In this document: piece by piece, positions 58,428 through 64,000 of the stretch
How positions within the stretch are numbered: the first letter of the stretch is position 1
Layout of the letters: each line of letters starts with the position of its first letter
NCBI GenBank assembly: GCA_963850905.1
Contig: CAWKMU010000003.1
Coordinates: 608,001 to 672,000, forward strand
Direction: 5' to 3'
Source: an uncultured Gemmatimonadales bacterium
GTDB lineage: Bacteria > Gemmatimonadota > Gemmatimonadetes > Gemmatimonadales > Gemmatimonadaceae
Length of the DNA: 64,000 bases
The notes under the pieces: model-generated
What the model was told of the DNA's origin: nothing
Databases searched by the model: none
The model's input: only the letters and a program-made list of their open reading frames with translations
Position numbers and translations under genes: made by a program

Positions 58428-61400
58428 ATGCATCCACGTCTGCGTCTGCATTCGCGACTGCCGGTCACTGTGGCTCTCGCCGTTGGCGTCGCGGTCTCAT
58501 GCACCGTGCGCGCACCGGTCGTGCTCGCCCAATCGCCACCTTCGGCGGGCGCAAATAGCGCAGCATCCGCGGCACCGATCGGCTACTACCGATTCCCGGC
58601 GATCCACGGGCACACGCTGGTATTCACCGCCGAAGGCGATTTGTGGCGCGTGTCGACTGAGGGAGGCGTCGCCGAACGGCTGACGAGTCATCCAGGGCAG
58701 GAAACGCACGCGGCGATCTCGCCCGATGGATCCCTCGTCGCGTTCTGCGCGGAATACGAAGGAGCCGCCGAGGTCTACACGATGCCCCTGGCAGGTGGCA
58801 CACCGGTGCGTCGCACGTTCCAGGGTGGGGCATCACGCGGGGGACCGATCGTCGTTGGCTGGACATCCGACGGCAAAGTGCTGTACTCGACAGCGGCCGA
58901 ATCGCCGCTCAGCGAGGCCCAGCTCGCAACGATTGACGTCTCCTCCGGGCATCGCGAAAGGGTGCCGCTCAGCGAGGCGGCCGACGGCGCGTACGACGCC
59001 GACGGCGTGCTGTACTTCACGCGTCTGGAGTTCCAGGGCAGCCATACGCGGCGCTATCGGGGCGGCACGGCTCAACAAATCTGGAAGTTCGCCAAGGGTG
59101 CCAGCGAGGCCGTGCCGCTCACGCGAGACTACCCGGGCACCAGCAAGAATCCCATGTGGTGGCAGGGACGAGTCTTCTTCCTGAGCGATCGCGATGGGAC
59201 GATGAATCTCTGGTCCATGACCGGCGACGGCGGCTCGTTGCAGCAGCTCACACACCATGGCGATTTCGACATCCTGTCGGCGTCGCTGTCAGACGGACGG
59301 ATCGCGTACCAGATGGGAGCCGATGTCTGGATCTACGACGTCGGCTCGGGGACCGACGCGCCGGTGTCGATCCGGCTGACATCGGACTTCGATCAGACGC
59401 GTGAGCGCTGGGTCGAGAGCGCGCCGGACTGGATCTCGTCGGCGCACCTGTCGCCGAGCGGTGATCGCGTGGCGTTGACGGCGCGTGGACAGGTATTCGT
59501 GGCGCCCGCCGGCGACGGGCGGCTTGTCGAGGTCACGCCGACCAAGCACGTTCGCTATCGTAATGCACGCTTCTTCGCCGATGGTAAATCGCTCCTCGCA
59601 CTGAGTGACAGTACCGGCGAGCTCGAATTCTGGTCGCTGAGCACGAACGGGCTCGGTACGCCGGCGCGGCTGACGCGCGACGCGACGGTCTTGCGCTGGG
59701 ATGGTGTGCCATCGCCGGATGGGCGTTTCATCGCGTTCTACGACAAGAACTACGAGCTCTGGCTGTTCGACCGGGCGACGGGCAAGGATGTCAGGATCGC
59801 CGTTTCCCGCACGGCCGATTTGGGTGAGTTGCGCTGGTCGCCGGACTCGCGCTGGCTCGCGTTTGTCGAGCCAGCCGTGAACACGTTTACGCAGATCGCC
59901 CTGTATGGCATCGACAAGGGCACCGTCACGCTGGTCACATCGGACCGATACAACAGTCGAAGCCCCGCGTGGGGCCGAGACGGCGCGTGGCTCTACTTTT
60001 TGTCTGATCGGAATCTGGTCTCGCTCGTCGATGGCCCTTGGGGCCCGCGCGCGCCCGAGCCGTTCTTCGACCACGGCGACAAGATCTACGCGCTCGCGCT
60101 TCATCCCGGACTCCGGTCACCGTTCGAGCCAGCGGACGAATTGCATCCGCAATCGCAGCAAGAGGGCGATTCGACCAATCGAGCTGGCGACACTGCGGCC
60201 GCCAAGGGGCACGCGCCGCCCGCCAAAGGCGTGTCGAAAGCGGCGCCCGCACCAGTCGCGGTGACGGTCGTACTGGACGGCATCATGCGACGCATTGTCG
60301 AGGTGCCGATCCGGCCCGGCAACTACGACGCGCTCTCCACCGACGGCAAGCGTCTCTACTTCCTCGCACACGAGGTGTCTGCTCGTGACTCGGCAACGGG
60401 AGCAGCGGACACGACGTTCTCGCTCCTGAGCTTCCCCATCGAGAATGACAAGCCGCACCAGCAGACATTCCTCGACGGTGTGGTCTCGTATGAATTGTCG
60501 CTCGATGGGAAGAAGCTGCTCGTGCGCACACCGAAGGACTTCCTCGTCATCGACGCCAGCGCGAAGGCTCCTGCCCCCGATTCGCTGGCCAAGCTTACGC
60601 TCGCCCTCAAGGACTGGAAGCTCCACTTCAGCCCGCGAGACGAGTGGCGGCAGATGTACCTCGAAGCGTGGCGATTGGAGCGCGACTACTTCTATGACCG
60701 TCACATGCATGGCCTGGACTGGTCCGCGATGCGCGCCAAATACCTCCCGCTCGTGGACCGGGTGGCGGATCGCGAAGAGCTCAGCGACATCCTCGGCCAA
60801 ATGGTCGCGGAGTTGTCCGCTCTGCACATCTTCGTGTTTGGCGGCGACGCGCGTCAGGGACAGGATCACATCGCGATAGGAGCCCTGGGCGCCACATTCG
60901 CTCCAGATCCACGCGCCGGAGGGTATCGTGTAGTCCACATCGAGCGAACGGATCCGGATTTGCCGAACCAGGCGGCGCCGCTCGCTCGACCTGGCGTTGA
61001 GGTCAAAGAGGGCGAGACGATCACCGACGTCAACGGCGTGGCGGCACTGTCGGCGCCGGACATCGGAGCCTTGTTGCGAGATCAAGCGGGGAAGCAGGTG
61101 TTGTTGCGCGTTCGCTCGACCGCAGATGGTGCGGAGCGGAGCGTCATCGTTGTTCCTGACTCGCAGGCTGGCGAATCCGATCGACGCTACAACGAGTGGG
61201 AATACGCGCGCCGATTGATCGTCGATTCGGCCAGCGGCGGACACATCGGATATGTCCATCTCCGTTCGATGGTGGCGCCCGACATGGCGCAATTTGCCCG
61301 CGATTACTACCCGATCTTCAATCGCGATGGTCTGATCATCGACATGCGCCACAACTTCGGTGGCGACGTCGACAGCTGGGTCCTCGAGCGCTTGCTGCGA

Positions 61401-61895
61401 AAGGCGTGGTTTTATTGGCAATCGCGAGTCGGTGATCCGTATTGGAACATGCAGTACGCGTTCCGCGGGCACATGTTGGTGCTGGTCGACGAGTGGACAT
61501 CATCGGATGGCGAGGCGTTCTCGGAGGGATTCCGACGCCTCGGCCTCGGGAAAGTGATCGGCACCCGTACGTGGGGTGGTGAGATCTGGCTCTCGGCTTC
61601 GAATTTCCTGGTGGATCGCGGGATCGCGACCGCTGCCGAGGATGGTGTCTATGGTCCGGAAGGCGCCTGGCTGATCGAGGGACACGGCGTCGATCCTGAC
61701 TCTGTCGTTGACAATCTGCCGCATGCGACCTATGCGGGCGATGACGCTCAGCTGCGGGCGGGGATCGCGGAGCTGCAGCGAGAAATCAAGGAGCACCCGG
61801 TCCCGGTCCCACCGGCCCCGCCATATCCGAACAAGGCCGTGGCAACGCGTCAAGATCCTGCCTCGCCTGCGAGGTCGGCCGCGCCAAATCGGTAA
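58428..61895 (+). CDS. Tricorn protease homolog (S41), secreted
   Basis: GYYRFPAIHG, FTAEGDLW, RYRGGTA, EWRQMYLEAWRLERDYFYD, PDZ region, IGYVH, IIDMRHNFGG, SSDGE, GTRTWGG. Confidence 0.95.
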   Translation: MHPRLRLHSRLPVTVALAVGVAVSCTVRAPVVLAQSPPSAGANSAASAAPIGYYRFPAIHGHTLVFTAEGDLWRVSTEGGVAERLTSHPGQETHAAISPDGSLVAFCAEYEGAAEVYTMPLAGGTPVRRTFQGGASRGGPIVVGWTSDGKVLYSTAAESPLSEAQLATIDVSSGHRERVPLSEAADGAYDADGVLYFTRLEFQGSHTRRYRGGTAQQIWKFAKGASEAVPLTRDYPGTSKNPMWWQGRVFFLSDRDGTMNLWSMTGDGGSLQQLTHHGDFDILSASLSDGRIAYQMGADVWIYDVGSGTDAPVSIRLTSDFDQTRERWVESAPDWISSAHLSPSGDRVALTARGQVFVAPAGDGRLVEVTPTKHVRYRNARFFADGKSLLALSDSTGELEFWSLSTNGLGTPARLTRDATVLRWDGVPSPDGRFIAFYDKNYELWLFDRATGKDVRIAVSRTADLGELRWSPDSRWLAFVEPAVNTFTQIALYGIDKGTVTLVTSDRYNSRSPAWGRDGAWLYFLSDRNLVSLVDGPWGPRAPEPFFDHGDKIYALALHPGLRSPFEPADELHPQSQQEGDSTNRAGDTAAAKGHAPPAKGVSKAAPAPVAVTVVLDGIMRRIVEVPIRPGNYDALSTDGKRLYFLAHEVSARDSATGAADTTFSLLSFPIENDKPHQQTFLDGVVSYELSLDGKKLLVRTPKDFLVIDASAKAPAPDSLAKLTLALKDWKLHFSPRDEWRQMYLEAWRLERDYFYDRHMHGLDWSAMRAKYLPLVDRVADREELSDILGQMVAELSALHIFVFGGDARQGQDHIAIGALGATFAPDPRAGGYRVVHIERTDPDLPNQAAPLARPGVEVKEGETITDVNGVAALSAPDIGALLRDQAGKQVLLRVRSTADGAERSVIVVPDSQAGESDRRYNEWEYARRLIVDSASGGHIGYVHLRSMVAPDMAQFARDYYPIFNRDGLIIDMRHNFGGDVDSWVLERLLRKAWFYWQSRVGDPYWNMQYAFRGHMLVLVDEWTSSDGEAFSEGFRRLGLGKVIGTRTWGGEIWLSASNFLVDRGIATAAEDGVYGPEGAWLIEGHGVDPDSVVDNLPHATYAGDDAQLRAGIAELQREIKEHPVPVPPAPPYPNKAVATRQDPASPARSAAPNR

Positions 61896-61960
61896 ACGCC
61901 GTCACATTGACGCTCGCCCGCTCGCGTTCCACGCGACTCCTCAACGAGGATCCCGACACG

Positions 61961-62428
61961 TCAGTGGCGTCGCAGGTCATCCGACGGATTCAAGAATGTG
62001 AGGTCGGTGGGACCGATGCCGCTGATCTGGATCTCGTACCCGTCGGACCTGGCGTACTGGAAGTGGCTCAACTTCGCGGGGAGATAAATGACACTTCCCT
62101 TCGGGTAGGCCTGGAGCTTGGCCTCGTCGAATGCATCCCCGTAGCCAATGTAGAGCGTGCCGGAGAGGACCGTATAGATGCGATCCTCCGGATGCGTGTG
62201 CGGCATCACCTTGAGCCCTGCCGGAGACCGGAGACGCGTGACGTAGAGACCGGCCTTGGTCGGGTCTCCATAAACCACGGCACGCATGGCGCCCGTGGGT
62301 AGCGCGGGATGTTGGGTCCATTTGATCTCGTCAGGCCGGACGGATTGAACTCCCTGGGCCTGCATCGGCTGGACGCCCGCCGCAAGCACCGTGGCGATCA
62401 AGGCCGTGACGAAGGTTGTACGGGACAT
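61961..62428 (-). CDS. Secreted cupin-domain protein
   Basis: VVYGDPTKAGLY, MPHTHPEDRIYTVLSGTLYIG. Confidence 0.85.
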   Translation of the reverse strand: MSRTTFVTALIATVLAAGVQPMQAQGVQSVRPDEIKWTQHPALPTGAMRAVVYGDPTKAGLYVTRLRSPAGLKVMPHTHPEDRIYTVLSGTLYIGYGDAFDEAKLQAYPKGSVIYLPAKLSHFQYARSDGYEIQISGIGPTDLTFLNPSDDLRRH

Positions 62429-62598
62429 TGGTCTTTCTCCCGGGATTGTGGTAGGGCAATTAGTTTTGCCGCGCTCACCAGCCATGTTGAGATCCTCCAA
62501 AATTGTCGTCAAGGGTCGGCAAGCCAGTACATTCGTAGCGGCTTACAATGTCCCGTGCGTTGCCCTGCCACCATCAGCTCGCATAGGAGCGTGTCCGC

Positions 62599-63519
62599 AT
62601 GAGCGCTTTGGTCGGCGTCATCTGGGTTTTGCTCGTGGTCCTGGGCGTGGGCTTCGTGGGGCGATGGTGGGCGATTGTGCGCCAGCAGCGCACCGAGGCC
62701 GGCGCCGAAGGTGCGGGCGCGACGCCGAGCGCGCCACCGGGAGCGCTGTACACCATTGGTTTCGTCACCAACCTCTTCGACACCCTCGGGATCGGGTCAT
62801 TTGCCACGACGACAGCGGCTTACCGCCTCGGCGGCTTGGTTCCGGATGAGGATATCCCCGGCACACTGAACGTCGGGCACACACTACCCGTGATCACGCA
62901 AGCGGTCATCTTCATCGCCGCAGTCAAGGTCGAGCCGGTGACGCTCATCGCGATGATCATTTCCGCCACCCTCGGCGCCCGCATCGGGGCCGGCATCGTG
63001 GCCCGCCTGCCACGCCGCACGATTCAGTGGGCCATGGGCGCGGCCCTTCTCATTGCTGCCGCGGTGATCCTTGGGCGAAGCCTCCATCTCTTGCCCGGCG
63101 GCGGCGATTTACTCGGCCTGACGGGCGCTACACTCGCCCTCGCCGTAGCGGGCAACTTCGTTCTTGGCAGTTTGAACATGGTTGGGATCGGGCTGTACGC
63201 GCCCTGTCTCACACTCGTCAGTCTCCTCGGCATGAATCCGGTCGCCGCGTTCCCGATCATGATGGGATCCTGCGCGTTTCTGATGCCGATCGGCAGCCTC
63301 CCTTTCGTTCGCGCGCGCAGGTACGACCGACGTGCGGCGATCGGCCTTGCCGTGGGAGGAATTCCCGCGGTGCTGATTGCGGCTTTCTTCATTAAATCAC
63401 TGCCGCTCACCGTCTTGAATTGGCTCGTCTTCGCCGTCGTACTGTATACGTCGGCGACGCTGCTCTGGTCTGCTTGGCGGACCCCCGCGACCGCGGCTGC
63501 GGCGGCGACGGTCACCTAA
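62599..63519 (+). CDS. TauE/SafE family (sulfite exporter-like) membrane protein
   Basis: NLFDTLGIGSFATTT, IPGTLNVGHTLP, GIGLYAP, AFPIMMGSCAFL. Confidence 0.85.
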   Translation: MSALVGVIWVLLVVLGVGFVGRWWAIVRQQRTEAGAEGAGATPSAPPGALYTIGFVTNLFDTLGIGSFATTTAAYRLGGLVPDEDIPGTLNVGHTLPVITQAVIFIAAVKVEPVTLIAMIISATLGARIGAGIVARLPRRTIQWAMGAALLIAAAVILGRSLHLLPGGGDLLGLTGATLALAVAGNFVLGSLNMVGIGLYAPCLTLVSLLGMNPVAAFPIMMGSCAFLMPIGSLPFVRARRYDRRAAIGLAVGGIPAVLIAAFFIKSLPLTVLNWLVFAVVLYTSATLLWSAWRTPATAAAAATVT

Positions 63520-63681
63520 GCCGCATGGCTGGACGCAGCAGAAGTGTCGAGGAGATGACGCCGGACACTTCTATTGCGCTGACCAAGAATCGGCGACCGA
63601 GCGCACAGGCCCGCCAGCCCCGTTGGCCTCGCCGGAGCGTGCGCCGTAGCTTCCACCATTCTCATCCAGGCGGCATCGCTC

Positions 63682-64000
63682 GTGGCATCGTCGGATGCAC
63701 AGGACCAACTACAGACAGCACTCGGGATGGCGTATACGCTCGAGCGGGAGGTGGGCCGGGGCGGCATGGCGACTGTGTACCTCGCCACCGACACCAAGCA
63801 CCACCGCCCCGTTGCCCTCAAGGTCCTCGACCCCGAGCTCGCCGCCTCCTTCGGGCCCGAGCGCTTCCGCCGCGAGATCGCCATCGCGTCCAAGCTGCAG
63901 CACCCGCACATCCTGACCGTCTTGGACTCCGGCGAGACGCCGAACGGCCAGCTCTGGTTCACGATGCCATACGTTGAGGGCGAATCGCTCCGTGCTCGTC
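63682..64000 (+). CDS. Ser/Thr protein kinase, N-terminal part (runs off window)
   Basis: YTLEREVGRGGMATVYLATDTKHHRPVALKVL...LQHPHILTVLDSGE...WFTMPYVEGESLR. Confidence 0.9.
   Translation, partial: MASSDAQDQLQTALGMAYTLEREVGRGGMATVYLATDTKHHRPVALKVLDPELAASFGPERFRREIAIASKLQHPHILTVLDSGETPNGQLWFTMPYVEGESLRAR

Noticed and set aside
57902..58504. Possible TPR gene remnant on the minus strand (AQAYEAGIALDSLDATAVRDLA)
   Set aside because: The resemblance is too short and weak to support without a search

Overview
High-GC chromosomal window. Gene content (several paralogous 'LERELGRGGMATVYLA' Ser/Thr kinases, many secreted peptidases, long-form FabI) suggests a Gemmatimonadota genome, which is an inference. 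Many single-base frameshifts in conserved genes (ettA, cardiolipin synthase, M1 peptidase, rhomboid), mostly in the first 16 kb, point to long-read consensus errors. Most of the window is ordinary housekeeping and accessory genes: ettA, GH79, cls, fabI, SET, lspA, kinases, M32/S9/S41 peptidases, gabD, sigma70, thiolase, arsR-aquaporin-arsC, Ada/AlkA and an RND pump. The most unusual signals are five. (1) A 5.35-kb integrase-less island sits at tRNA-Cys(GCA) and duplicates the 5' half of the tRNA rather than the usual 3' end; it has a candidate replacement promoter and four 12-bp-period tandem motifs resembling integrase arm sites. (2) A layered intergenic repeat system is present: GTAG-type REP palindromes all in one orientation, often nested in 120-220 bp palindromic elements with (GGGGTCA)n arms, plus other heptamer families. 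(3) A 114-bp REP tandem array is present. (4) A protein with a duplicated HExxE domain and a histone-tail-like N-terminus is coupled to a GNAT. (5) A circularly permuted ATP-grasp ligase is divergent from an M32 carboxypeptidase. No CRISPR array, rRNA, integrase or transposase was found.
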